In this document: in pieces, positions 41,343 through 53,476 of the stretch
How positions within the stretch are numbered: position 1 is the first letter of the stretch
How the letters are laid out: every line of letters begins with the position of its first letter
From: Pelagibacteraceae bacterium
GTDB taxonomy: Bacteria > Pseudomonadota > Alphaproteobacteria > Pelagibacterales > AG-422-B15
Assembly: GCA_038103905.1 (NCBI GenBank)
Contig: JAYNZW010000002.1
Coordinates: forward strand, 10,293 to 74,292
Length of the DNA: 64,000 nt
Direction of reading: 5' to 3'
Notes under the pieces: generated by a model
Told to the model about the DNA's origin: nothing
The model's database searches: none
The model's input: only the letters and a program-made list of their open reading frames with translations
Made by a program: the position numbers and the translations under genes

Positions 41343-43016
41343 CTAAATTCCAAGGATAAGCTTTTTCATAATTCTTTTTGAAATTGATTCATCTTCGTTG
41401 AAATCAAGAGCTTTTTGCCATTGATATCTGGCTTGAGAAAATTTACCTACCTTCCATAATACATCTCCATAATGATCATTGATTGTTGGATCACTTGGAT
41501 CAATCAAAATTGCGTACTCAAATAATTGTAAAGAATCTCTGAAATTACCAATTTTGAAATAGTACCACGCCATACTATCTAAAATATAGGCATCATCCGG
41601 TTTTTGCTTTACTGCTTCCTCTAGCATTTTTCTTGCATCTTCAAATTTGTGAGTGATATCTAAATCTAAATATGTGTAACCTAAATAATTTAATACATCA
41701 GGTTGAAAACTTGAAAAGTGTAAGGCCTTTAAAAGATATTCTTCAGCTTTTTTCCAATCTTTTTTTCTTTCATATGATATGCCTAATTTGTAATAGGCAT
41801 CCCACAAATTGAAACCGGAGTCATTTTTCTTTTTTTCAATAGCACTCATATATGTATCTATTGCAGTATCCCATTCAGAATCATATCTGAATAAATTTCC
41901 TAATGTCATAAGTCCTTGAAAACTATTTTTTAGTAAATCATTGTTTAATAGATAATTTTTTGCTTTTTGATTGTCACCACTCATAGAATAAATATTTACA
42001 ATTTTTAGAGCTGTTATTTCTGCAAGATAATTATCCGATGGTATACTTTTAAAAATTTTAAGTGCAGTTTCATAATCAGATAAAGAAATAAATGTATCAG
42101 CAAGTACAAATTTATTTTCAATAAAACGATCTGATATTGTTGATGCTAAATTAATAACAAAAAATCTTTGATTATCATTGATGCCCGATAACAGTTCGTG
42201 AGTATTAAATAAAGCAACTGATATGCCATCTAACTCATTATTAATTATTCTTTGAGGATTATATTTTGTTAGTCTTTGGATAAAATCTTGATCATATCCC
42301 GATAAATATTTTTCTATAATTTGTTTTTTCTTATCAATTTTATTATTTCTATCAAGAAAACTGAGATAGAGATTAATGATATATATTTCATTATTTAGAA
42401 CTAATGACTGATCAAAATATACTTCTGCTAACTCTGGTTCGTCGACAAAGTCATAAATTAGAGCTTTGTGAAAAATTGTTATGAACTGATAATCATTGGA
42501 ATTTATTGAATCAATTATTTTGATGCTTTTATTAAAATCTCTTTTATTTGCCCAAGTCCAAGCATCTAAAATTCTGGTAAAATTTATCTGAGTTAAGTTT
42601 TTTAATGATAGATTATTAAAATTGTTAGATGCATCATCTGGATTTTTGTTTGAAAGCGCATGAACTCCATTTACTAATTTAGCTTGAAATTCAATATCAT
42701 TTTGACATCTTTTATATAGATTCTTTACACATTCTAATTGTAAAATTTTCTCTGCGTATTTATTGGCTGATGACAAATCACCATTCATTGTCTCAATAAA
42801 TATTAATTTTTCCAATGTTTGTTGTTTATCTGGATCTATCCCATGAATTTTTTTTAAAAATTTAAGAGAAGTATCATAATCATTTACATTGATAGAAATA
42901 TTAGCAATTAAATAGTCTCCAGAATGAGAATTATTTCCTACAGAGTAAAAGGCTATGCTGTGATTTAAAGAAAAAAAATAAAGTATTAAAGAAATATAAA
43001 TAAATTTTTTATTCAC
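41343..43016 (-). CDS. TPR-repeat protein with an N-terminal signal/anchor
   Basis: 557 aa with a hydrophobic N-terminus. Several TPR-like units lie in the C-terminal half (WDAYYKLGISYERKKDWKKAEEYLLKAL, DAYILDSMAWYYFKIGNFRDSLQLFEYAI, and others). Confidence 0.75.
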   Translation of the reverse strand: MNKKFIYISLILYFFSLNHSIAFYSVGNNSHSGDYLIANISINVNDYDTSLKFLKKIHGIDPDKQQTLEKLIFIETMNGDLSSANKYAEKILQLECVKNLYKRCQNDIEFQAKLVNGVHALSNKNPDDASNNFNNLSLKNLTQINFTRILDAWTWANKRDFNKSIKIIDSINSNDYQFITIFHKALIYDFVDEPELAEVYFDQSLVLNNEIYIINLYLSFLDRNNKIDKKKQIIEKYLSGYDQDFIQRLTKYNPQRIINNELDGISVALFNTHELLSGINDNQRFFVINLASTISDRFIENKFVLADTFISLSDYETALKIFKSIPSDNYLAEITALKIVNIYSMSGDNQKAKNYLLNNDLLKNSFQGLMTLGNLFRYDSEWDTAIDTYMSAIEKKKNDSGFNLWDAYYKLGISYERKKDWKKAEEYLLKALHFSSFQPDVLNYLGYTYLDLDITHKFEDARKMLEEAVKQKPDDAYILDSMAWYYFKIGNFRDSLQLFEYAILIDPSDPTINDHYGDVLWKVGKFSQARYQWQKALDFNEDESISKRIMKKLILGI

Positions 43017-43028
43017 TATGTGTCATTA

Positions 43029-44678
43029 TCACATATTTGAATACTTTGGACCACCGCTACCTTCTGGTGTTACCCAATTAATATTTTGTGATGGGTCCTT
43101 AATATCACAAGTTTTACAGTGAATACAATTTTGACTATTAATAACAAATTTTGGATTACTACCATCATCATCTTTGTGAATTTCATATACTCCTGCTGGA
43201 CAATATCTTTGTGCAGGTTCATCAAATTTTTCTAAAGTATATGTAATTGGCAGTTCTTTATCTTCAAGTACTAAATGAACAGGCTGATTCTCAGCATGGT
43301 AAGTACCAGTTAAAAAAACAGAACTTGCTCTATCAAAAGTTATTTTGCCATCAGGTTTTGGATACTCTATTTTCTTACTCTCACTTGCCGGCATAAGTGT
43401 TTCATGATCAGCATGAGAATGATTTAGAGTAAATGGAAGTTTTCCTCTGAAAAGTATCTGATCAATGCCTGTAAGAATGGTTCCAATAAGAAGGCCAAAT
43501 TTTGTAATAAATGGTTTTACATTTCTAGCGGCATGTAGTTCTTTATACGCCCAACTATCCATAAATTTTTTCTCATAATTTTCTAGAGAACTTAGACCAT
43601 CTTTTAAATATTCATCAATTGCCTCTGCTCCAATAATCCCACTTTTCATTGCTGTGTGTGATCCTTTGATTTTAGGCATATTTAAAGTACCGGCATCACA
43701 CCCTATTAATAATGCACCTGGCATGAACATTTTTGGAAGACTTTGAATTCCACCTTCAATTAATGCTCTTGCGCCATAAGAAATTCTTTTACCACCATCT
43801 ATCATTTTTTTAATTCTGGGATGAGTTTTGAATCTTTGAAATTCTTCATAGGGAGATAAATATGGATTTTTATAATCTAATCCGACTACATACCCCATAT
43901 AGATTTGATTATTCGAGGCGTGATATACAAAGCTTCCACCATAAGTATTATTGTCCAATGGCCAGCCCGCAGAATGAAGGATAAGTCCTTCATCATGATT
44001 TGCTTCAGGCACTTCCCATATTTCCTTTAAACCGATTCCATATTGTTGAGGATCAGAGTCTTTATCCAGCTCATATTTTTTAATTAACTGCTTTCCTAAG
44101 TGACCTCTACATCCTTCAGCAAACACAGTTACTTTAGCATGAAGTTCAATTCCCGGCTCATAGGTATCTTTTTTTTGTCCATTAATATCAATACCCATAT
44201 CATTTGTTGCAATACCTTTTACTGAGTTGTCATCATTAAACAAAACCTCTGATGCAGCAAACCCAGGATATATTTCTACCCCAAGATTCTCAGCTGTCTG
44301 ACCCAGCCATCGACAAAGATTTGCTAAGCTTATTATATAATTGCCTTTATTGTGCTGAACCGGCGGCAAAAGCCATGCAGGCCAGCTAAAGCTGCTTTTC
44401 TCAGATAGTAAAAAAAGAAATTTTTCCTTAACAACTTTAGTCTTTATTGGACAACCCTCCATATTTTTCCAATCAGGAAATAGTTCATCAAGAGCTTTAG
44501 TTTCAAATACATTTCCGCTGAGTATATGAGCTCCAACTTCTGAGGCTTTTTCAACCACACAGACGTTTAAGTCTGGATTGAGTTGTTTCAATTTTATTGC
44601 ATTTGCTAAACCCGCAGGTCCAGCCCCAACAATAACAACATCATATTCCATTGACTCACGTTGCATATCGGTACTCAT
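43029..44678 (-). CDS. Electron transfer flavoprotein-ubiquinone oxidoreductase
   Basis: FAD motif VVIVGAGPAGL, full-length collinearity with ETF-QO, and the C-terminal 4Fe-4S motif NCIHCKTCDIKDP. Confidence 0.95.
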   Translation of the reverse strand: MSTDMQRESMEYDVVIVGAGPAGLANAIKLKQLNPDLNVCVVEKASEVGAHILSGNVFETKALDELFPDWKNMEGCPIKTKVVKEKFLFLLSEKSSFSWPAWLLPPVQHNKGNYIISLANLCRWLGQTAENLGVEIYPGFAASEVLFNDDNSVKGIATNDMGIDINGQKKDTYEPGIELHAKVTVFAEGCRGHLGKQLIKKYELDKDSDPQQYGIGLKEIWEVPEANHDEGLILHSAGWPLDNNTYGGSFVYHASNNQIYMGYVVGLDYKNPYLSPYEEFQRFKTHPRIKKMIDGGKRISYGARALIEGGIQSLPKMFMPGALLIGCDAGTLNMPKIKGSHTAMKSGIIGAEAIDEYLKDGLSSLENYEKKFMDSWAYKELHAARNVKPFITKFGLLIGTILTGIDQILFRGKLPFTLNHSHADHETLMPASESKKIEYPKPDGKITFDRASSVFLTGTYHAENQPVHLVLEDKELPITYTLEKFDEPAQRYCPAGVYEIHKDDDGSNPKFVINSQNCIHCKTCDIKDPSQNINWVTPEGSGGPKYSNM

Positions 44679-44751
44679 TTCAAAAAATTCTAAATTACTC
44701 TATATATTTAGTTGATTGATACTATAATTCAAACAATATTTAAGTAAGCAT

Positions 44752-45498
44752 ATGAACAAATCATCAATTAAAGATACCTTAAACTTACTTAATTTATACA
44801 AAGAAAGTGGTGTTGATGAAATAATTTCCTCTAGCCCTCAAAATAGAACAGCTAAAAAAAGGGGTTATCTGTCACAAAAAATGAGAAATTCAGAAAAATC
44901 AAATGATACCAAGATTCCTGATTTTATAAATCTTGATAATGTTGTTACACTTGAAGAATTAAAAGAAAGAATGTCATCTTTCAAAGGGTGTGAGCTGTAC
45001 AAGAGTGCAACAAATATGGTTTTCTCTGATGGAAACCCAAAATCAAAAATTATGTTAATTGGAGAAGCTCCTGGACATGACGAGGATCTTCAAGCCAAAC
45101 CATTCGTAGGAAGAAGTGGCAAACTACTTGATAAAATGTTAGAGGCAATAAATCTAAATCGTGAAAAAGTGTATATAGCAAATATTATTCCTTGGAGACC
45201 TCCAGCGAACAGAAGGCCTACAGAGGATGAAATTAATTTATGTCTTCCTTTCTTGCTTAAGCATATTGAGATTATAAAGCCAGCTGCACTGATGCTCCTC
45301 GGAAGTACTGCTTCATTTGCCCTTTTAAAAAATAAAGAAGGTATATCAAAAATAAGAGGAAAATGGGTAGATTTAAAAATTAATAATATAACAATTCCTA
45401 CAATGCCAACTTTCCATCCAGCGTTTCTGTTGCGTCAGCCAGGACAGAAAAAACACGTGTGGACTGATTTAAAAAGTTTAAGAGATAGAATTAAGTAG
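44752..45498 (+). CDS. Uracil-DNA glycosylase, family 4, with an approximately 75-aa N-terminal extension
   Basis: GEAPGHDEDLQAKPFVGRSG motif A and FHPAFLLRQP motif B. The Fe-S cysteine pattern is incomplete (see findings). Confidence 0.85.
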   Translation: MNKSSIKDTLNLLNLYKESGVDEIISSSPQNRTAKKRGYLSQKMRNSEKSNDTKIPDFINLDNVVTLEELKERMSSFKGCELYKSATNMVFSDGNPKSKIMLIGEAPGHDEDLQAKPFVGRSGKLLDKMLEAINLNREKVYIANIIPWRPPANRRPTEDEINLCLPFLLKHIEIIKPAALMLLGSTASFALLKNKEGISKIRGKWVDLKINNITIPTMPTFHPAFLLRQPGQKKHVWTDLKSLRDRIK

Positions 45499-45500
45499 CA

Positions 45501-46103
45501 GTGGAATTAGATTTACCATCTATTGAATTTGAAAGGAAGTTTTCATATCCGTTAGCTGGTGTCGATGAAGTTGGAAGAGGCACTTTAGCTGGCCCAGTCG
45601 TAGCAGCCGCTGTCATTCTAGATTATAATAATATTCCTGAGGGAATTAAAGATTCAAAAAAAATTGTAAAAAGAAAAAGAGAGCAGATATGCAAGGATAT
45701 ATTATCGTCTTCTATCACCTCAATTGGTTTAGCGACTTCAGGAGAAATTGATAAAATAAATATTTTAAAAGCATCTTTACTGGCAATGAAAAGAGCAATT
45801 GAAGATTTGAAAAAAAAACCAAACATAGTTTTAATTGATGGCAGTTATACTCCTGAAATTTCAATTCAATCAAAATCAATCATCAAAGGTGATAACAAAT
45901 CAATATCAATTGCTGCAGCTTCAATTGTTGCAAAAGTTTATAGAGATAATTTAATGACAGAATACTCAAAAAAATACCCTGGTTACCTGTGGGAAAAAAA
46001 CTCTGGTTATGGAACAAAAGAACATTTAGAGGCCATTAAGAAGCTGGGTGTTACCCCTATACATCGCACATCTTTTAAACCAATACACAACATATTGAAT
46101 TAA
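45501..46103 (+). CDS. rnhB: Ribonuclease HII
   Basis: GTG start. Catalytic GVDEVGRGTLAGPVV and the ILKASLLAMKRA region. Confidence 0.93.
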   Translation: MELDLPSIEFERKFSYPLAGVDEVGRGTLAGPVVAAAVILDYNNIPEGIKDSKKIVKRKREQICKDILSSSITSIGLATSGEIDKINILKASLLAMKRAIEDLKKKPNIVLIDGSYTPEISIQSKSIIKGDNKSISIAAASIVAKVYRDNLMTEYSKKYPGYLWEKNSGYGTKEHLEAIKKLGVTPIHRTSFKPIHNILN

Positions 46104-46122
46104 GTAAATCATGTAACTTATT

Positions 46123-48341
<2,219 letters not shown>

Positions 48342-48355
48342 ATGGTTCTTTTATA

Positions 48356-48820
48356 ATGAATATTAAAAAATATAACGGTTTAATATCAGTATCAAATTTT
48401 TTTCCAAAATCTGTGAAAGAGCTTTTACGTAAAAGAGGTTTTTTTGAGTTAGAGCTATTAAAAAACTGGATTGAAATAGTTGACGAAAAATATGCTAAAA
48501 AAACACTTCCAATAAAAATAAGATCCACAAATAGCAATAATGGGGCAAACTTAACTATTAAAGTTGATCCAAGTATCGCCTTTGGATTTGAACATGATAG
48601 AGAGATAATTAAGAATAAAATTAATTCTTATTTTGGATATAGTGCCATAGAAAAAATCACAATAATTCAGCATCGATTTAAAAATGAACATATAAATAAC
48701 GATAACAATGAGTTAGGCAAATTAGCTAAGAAACAAAGTAAAATATATAATCAATTAGATGAATACCCTAAATTAAAAAATGCTTTTGAAAAGATATCAA
48801 AAAAAATATCAAAATTCTAA
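48356..48820 (+). CDS. DUF721 (DciA-like) protein
   Basis: The pattern LLKNWIEIVDEKYAKKTLPIKI...GANLTIKVDPSIAFGFEHDREIIKNKINSYFGYSAIEKITI fits DUF721. The call is from pattern recognition only. Confidence 0.55.
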   Translation: MNIKKYNGLISVSNFFPKSVKELLRKRGFFELELLKNWIEIVDEKYAKKTLPIKIRSTNSNNGANLTIKVDPSIAFGFEHDREIIKNKINSYFGYSAIEKITIIQHRFKNEHINNDNNELGKLAKKQSKIYNQLDEYPKLKNAFEKISKKISKF

Positions 48821-48867
48821 TTTATGACAAATTTTGAACTTATTAATTTAATCAATTAAAAAAACTG

Positions 48868-48896
48868 TTATAAAACGCTAAAAAATTGATTATAAT
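48868..48896 (+). promoter_or_regulatory. Candidate sigma-70 promoter for the dsbA-like/smc/atp gene string
   Basis: TTATAA (48868-48873), a 17-nt spacer, then a perfect TATAAT (48891-48896), about 40 nt upstream of the ATG at 48936. AT-rich DNA yields such matches easily. Confidence 0.3.
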
Positions 48897-48935
48897 CAAG
48901 ATATTGTATTAAATTTTATTACCTAAGTACTAAAT

Positions 48936-49553
48936 ATGGGCTACTTAAGAACTCCAATCCAAGCAATTCTCATTATTCTTATTTCGGTATTCTATTCGCT
49001 ATCGATTGAATCTTCGTTTGCAAATAAAGAGTTGAAAGGATTTGAAATTGGAAGCGCTGAAGCCCCTATAACTATTATTGAATACCGATCACTTACTTGC
49101 AGTCATTGTGCAAATTTTTCAAAAAATGTTTTTCCTGATCTAGAAAAGAATTACATCAGTACAGGTAAAGTAAAATTTGAATTCAGACCTTTTGTATTAA
49201 ATGCTGTCGATCTCAATGCATTCAAATTACTTAATTCGGTCAGTGAAAAAGATTTTGTAGCGTTAGATAAAATGCTCTTTAAAGATCAAGATAAATGGCT
49301 AGTGACTAGTGACTCTGATAAAATTTTAGAGAATAGTACTAATGCACTTAAAAAATATGCCTTATTATTTGGACTCTCTGAGGAGAAGTTTGACTCTGTA
49401 TTAAAAGATAAAGACCTAGAGGAATGGATTTTGTCGATGAGGGTTGAAGGTTCTAAACAATTTAATATTCAATCGACACCTTCATTTGTAATTAATGGCA
49501 AAGTTTTTTCTGGCAATATGCCTTTTTCTGAATTTGAAAAAATACTGAACTAA
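48936..49553 (+). CDS. DsbA-family thiol:disulfide oxidoreductase (periplasmic)
   Basis: Signal peptide plus the thioredoxin-fold active site CSHC in the context YRSLTCSHCANF. Confidence 0.8.
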   Translation: MGYLRTPIQAILIILISVFYSLSIESSFANKELKGFEIGSAEAPITIIEYRSLTCSHCANFSKNVFPDLEKNYISTGKVKFEFRPFVLNAVDLNAFKLLNSVSEKDFVALDKMLFKDQDKWLVTSDSDKILENSTNALKKYALLFGLSEEKFDSVLKDKDLEEWILSMRVEGSKQFNIQSTPSFVINGKVFSGNMPFSEFEKILN

Positions 49554-49554
49554 A

Positions 49555-52149
49555 ATGAAATTTAAAAAAATAAAAATTCTTGGATTTAAAAGTTTTGTAG
49601 ATCAAACTGATATTGTAATTGAAGAAGGACTTACAGGTATTGTAGGGCCCAATGGATGTGGAAAATCAAATGTTGTAGAATCTTTAAGATGGTGCATGGG
49701 CGAAACATCTCCAAAAATTATGAGAGGTTCAGGAATGGAAGATGTAATTTTCTCTGGAACTTCTGACAGACCTGCAAGGAACAATGCTGAGGTCACTATT
49801 TTTTTAGACAATAAAGATAGAAATGCACCTGCAGAGTTTAACAATGATGAAGAAATTCAAATTCGTAGAAAAATAGAAGTAGAAAAAGGTTCTGAATATA
49901 GAATTAATGGAAAAGAGGTAAGGGCTAGAGATGTTCAAAGATTATTTGCTGATCTTTCAACTGGAGCTCATTCACCCTCTCTTATCAGTCAAGGAAGAGT
50001 TGGTGCTTTAATAAATGCTAAGCCTATCGATCGAAGAGCAGTGCTAGAAGAAGCTGCGGGGATTTCTGGATTACATTCGAGAAGACATGAAGCAGAGCTT
50101 AAACTCAAAGGTGCTGAAAATAATCTGCAAAGGTTGAAAGATATTATGAGGCAATTAAACACTCAAATAAACAATCTTCAAAAACAAGCAAAACAAGCAG
50201 AAGCTTACAAGTCTATTTCAGAAGAAATTACTCGTCTCGAGGGCATCGTAACATATTTAAAATGGTACAATCTAAAAGAATCCTTTGAAAAATCTAATAC
50301 AGACTTAAAGTCAAGTGAGCAATTAATACAAAAATATACACTAGAAGTTACGCAGGCTACAAATGATCAAGCCAAAGCAAATGAAAAAATACAACCTTTG
50401 AGAGAAAAGGAGATAGAAGCCGCTGCTAAGTTAAATAGAATTAACCTTGAAAGAGAAAGTCTTGATAAAGAAGAAGAAAGAATAAAAGAATTAAAAACAT
50501 CACTAGAACAGTCAATTCAGCAAAATATTGGTGATTATGAAAGAGAACAATATCAGTTAGAAAATGCATTAAGAGATTTGGAAACATTAAATACAAAAAA
50601 ATCTGAGTTAGGCTCAGAAGTAAGCCTTCAAGACTTTGATAACGATCAAGTTGCTGGCTTGAAAGAAGAAAAAAAACAACTCGAAGCTCAAATTGATGAG
50701 TTAGAAGAAAATATAGAAAAATATAATTCAATTAAACTATCTAAGAGAGATGATTGGCAAAGGTCTATCATAAGTGAAGAGAATCTGAGATCTCGAGAAT
50801 CAACTCTTAAAGAAGTTGAAGGATATGATGATCCTAAAAATTGGACACAAACTTTTTCGGAAAAATTTTATAATAGTCTAAAAGATATTTCAGATAGAGT
50901 AATCAATGCAAAAGAATTAACCGAAGATGCCAAAAAATCTTATGATAAAGCCAGTGGTGATGCAAAAGATGCTGTAACAATGTCAATGCAGCTCAGAGAG
51001 AATTTAAGACAAAAAGATGTAGAAGAGAAACATAGTGATTGGAATTATGAATATCAAAGACTGAATAAAAATATACAATCTTCTAGAAAGCAGATTGATG
51101 AATTAAAACAAAGAAGAGTTAAATCAGAAGAAGAATTAAAAAAAATTATTAATAGACCAGAAGAAATTGCCCAAAAAAGAGGTCAACTAATTGAAACAAA
51201 AGGCTTTGCTGAAAAAGAAAGACAGTTTGCAGCAGATAGGCTGGCTGAAGCAGATAATGAGTTAAAAAAATACGAAAATGTCCTAAGAAAAGCTCAAAAT
51301 GATCTGGCAAATGTTAGAGAGTCAAAGGGTAGAACTGAAGCAACAAAAGAATTGGCCGAAAGTAGGCTTTCTGAATTAGAGTCAGAGTCATTAGAAAAAT
51401 ATAATTGTAGACCTGACTCAATAATATCAAAGTTATCCATTACGGATGATTTAGAAACATTGCAAAATAATTTTGAAAGAAATGAGACTAGGCTGGACAA
51501 ACTTAAGCAACAAAGAGATACGCTTGGTGTCGTTAACTTAAGAGCAGATTTAGAAACAAAAGAAATAGAGCAGGAATTAGAAAAAATGAATAATGAAAAA
51601 ACTGATTTAGAAACTGCAATTAAAAAAATGAGAGAGTCAATTGAAGAACTAAACAAAGAAGGAAGAGCAAGGCTCTTAGAGGCATTTGAAGTTGTAAATA
51701 AACATTTCAAAGAAGTATTTATAAAGTTGTTTAACGGTGGAAAAGCTCATTTAGAACTTGTAGATGCCGATGATCCATTAGAGGCCGGTCTTGAAATGAT
51801 GGTTAGTCCACCAGGAAAAAAATTGCAATCGATGTCGCTTCTATCAGGTGGCGAACAGGCTTTAACAGCAATGTCATTAATCTTTGCAGTATTTTTAACT
51901 AATCCATCACCTATTTGTGTACTTGATGAGGTTGATGCTCCACTCGATGATGCAAATGTTGAGCGTTTTTGTAACCTTCTTGATGATATTGCTGAAAAAA
52001 CCAATACTAAATTTTTGATTATTACTCACCATGCACTAACAATGTCACGCATGGATAGATTGTTTGGCGTCACAATGGCTGAAAGAGGTGTGAGTCAAAT
52101 AGTTTCTGTTGATCTTAAAAAAGCTGAAGAAATAGGTGCAGTTGCTTAA
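49555..52149 (+). CDS. smc: SMC chromosome segregation ATPase, unusually short (864 aa) with no recognisable hinge
   Basis: An N-terminal head typical of alphaproteobacterial SMC (KSFVDQTDIVIEEGLTGIVGPNGCGKSNVVESLRWCMGE; ARDVQRLFAD; RRAVLEEAAGISGLHSRRHEAELKL). The C-terminal head carries the signature LSGGEQ and Walker B ICVLDEVDAPLDDAN. Confidence 0.85.
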   Translation: MKFKKIKILGFKSFVDQTDIVIEEGLTGIVGPNGCGKSNVVESLRWCMGETSPKIMRGSGMEDVIFSGTSDRPARNNAEVTIFLDNKDRNAPAEFNNDEEIQIRRKIEVEKGSEYRINGKEVRARDVQRLFADLSTGAHSPSLISQGRVGALINAKPIDRRAVLEEAAGISGLHSRRHEAELKLKGAENNLQRLKDIMRQLNTQINNLQKQAKQAEAYKSISEEITRLEGIVTYLKWYNLKESFEKSNTDLKSSEQLIQKYTLEVTQATNDQAKANEKIQPLREKEIEAAAKLNRINLERESLDKEEERIKELKTSLEQSIQQNIGDYEREQYQLENALRDLETLNTKKSELGSEVSLQDFDNDQVAGLKEEKKQLEAQIDELEENIEKYNSIKLSKRDDWQRSIISEENLRSRESTLKEVEGYDDPKNWTQTFSEKFYNSLKDISDRVINAKELTEDAKKSYDKASGDAKDAVTMSMQLRENLRQKDVEEKHSDWNYEYQRLNKNIQSSRKQIDELKQRRVKSEEELKKIINRPEEIAQKRGQLIETKGFAEKERQFAADRLAEADNELKKYENVLRKAQNDLANVRESKGRTEATKELAESRLSELESESLEKYNCRPDSIISKLSITDDLETLQNNFERNETRLDKLKQQRDTLGVVNLRADLETKEIEQELEKMNNEKTDLETAIKKMRESIEELNKEGRARLLEAFEVVNKHFKEVFIKLFNGGKAHLELVDADDPLEAGLEMMVSPPGKKLQSMSLLSGGEQALTAMSLIFAVFLTNPSPICVLDEVDAPLDDANVERFCNLLDDIAEKTNTKFLIITHHALTMSRMDRLFGVTMAERGVSQIVSVDLKKAEEIGAVA

Positions 52150-52436
52150 TGCAAGATGATGAGCAAAGACTTAATCAGTTAAATCAAAAAATAGAAGCCG
52201 CAAAATCAAGAAATAAAGATAATAGTCAACCTGATGTTCAGCCTTCACAGTTGGGAAAAGTAATGAAATTAACGGTAGAAATTGTCGCAGCTGTGGGAAT
52301 AGGGGTCGGGATCGGAATACTATTAGATAATTTTTTTGATACACGCCCTTTATTTATAATAATCTTCTTCCTTCTAGGCGGTTGCGCTGGAATTTTAAAT
52401 GTTTTTAGGGTTGCAAAATCAATGCAAAATCACTAA
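52149..52436 (+). CDS. atpI: ATP synthase protein I (AtpI/AtpZ family)
   Basis: 95 aa with two TM helices, directly preceding atpB as in alphaproteobacterial F0 operons. Its start forms a TAATG overlap with the smc stop. Confidence 0.65.
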   Translation: MQDDEQRLNQLNQKIEAAKSRNKDNSQPDVQPSQLGKVMKLTVEIVAAVGIGVGIGILLDNFFDTRPLFIIIFFLLGGCAGILNVFRVAKSMQNH

Positions 52437-52446
52437 AAATTACGCG

Positions 52447-53196
52447 ATGGCGTCAGCAAAAGAACCAAATTTAATAGATCCAATCCACCAGTTTGCTATT
52501 ACTAAATTAGCAGATATCAAAATTGGAAATGTAGATATTTCTTTCACAAATTCATCACAGTTTATGGTTATTACAACCATCGCAATAATGGTCTTATTTA
52601 TGCTAGGACTCTCAAAAAGATCAATCGTTCCTAATAGATTTCAGATGATTTGTGAACTATCATATAATTTTATAGCAAACTTACTCCGTGCAAATGTAGG
52701 TGATCAAGGAAGAAGTTATTTCCCATTTATCTTTTCACTATTTATGTTCGTTTTCTTCTGTAACTTAATTGGACTTATCCCATATACTTTCACTGTTACA
52801 AGCCATATCATTGTTACTTTTGCTTTCGCAGGTTTAATTTTTATTGGGGTTACTCTTATTGGCTTTATTAAAAATGGCTTTGGATATTTAAGGATGTTTT
52901 ATCCTTCTGGAGTTCCAGTATATATGGCTCCGATTATAATACCAATTGAAGTTATTTCATATCTTACAAAACCAGTAAGTCTATCCGTACGATTAATGGC
53001 AAATATGCTTGCAGGTCATAGTATAATCAAAATTTTTGCTGGGTTTATTGTTATGATGGGTTTTTTCGGAATTATACCTCTTGCAGGTCTTGTAGCTATT
53101 TACGCATTAGAAGTTTTTATTGCATTTTTACAAGCATATATTTTTACAATTTTAACATGTATTTATCTTAATGATGCATTGCATCCGCATCATTAA
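52447..53196 (+). CDS. atpB: F0F1 ATP synthase subunit a
   Basis: Essential Arg region LSVRLMANMLAGH. I use the ATG at 52447 (MASAKEPNLIDPIHQF) instead of the track start 52399, which overlaps atpI. Confidence 0.93.
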   Translation: MASAKEPNLIDPIHQFAITKLADIKIGNVDISFTNSSQFMVITTIAIMVLFMLGLSKRSIVPNRFQMICELSYNFIANLLRANVGDQGRSYFPFIFSLFMFVFFCNLIGLIPYTFTVTSHIIVTFAFAGLIFIGVTLIGFIKNGFGYLRMFYPSGVPVYMAPIIIPIEVISYLTKPVSLSVRLMANMLAGHSIIKIFAGFIVMMGFFGIIPLAGLVAIYALEVFIAFLQAYIFTILTCIYLNDALHPHH

Positions 53197-53214
53197 TTTG
53201 AATTATAAGAATAA

Positions 53215-53457
<243 letters not shown>

Positions 53458-53476
53458 TTAAGATTAAATTTCAGCA

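Noticed and set aside
51294-51710. A 138-aa antisense ORF inside smc. Similar antisense ORFs are at 49602-49844, 50441-50731, 51747-52004, 53623-53982, 54048-54248, 29628-29885, 29973-30269, 30321-30575, 62467-62733 and 25837-26136
   Set aside because: These are shadow ORFs on the strand opposite well-supported conserved genes. Their Ser/Leu/Phe-rich or low-complexity translations are what the reverse complement of Lys/Glu-rich or Gly/Ala-rich coding sequence produces. None has a recognisable motif.
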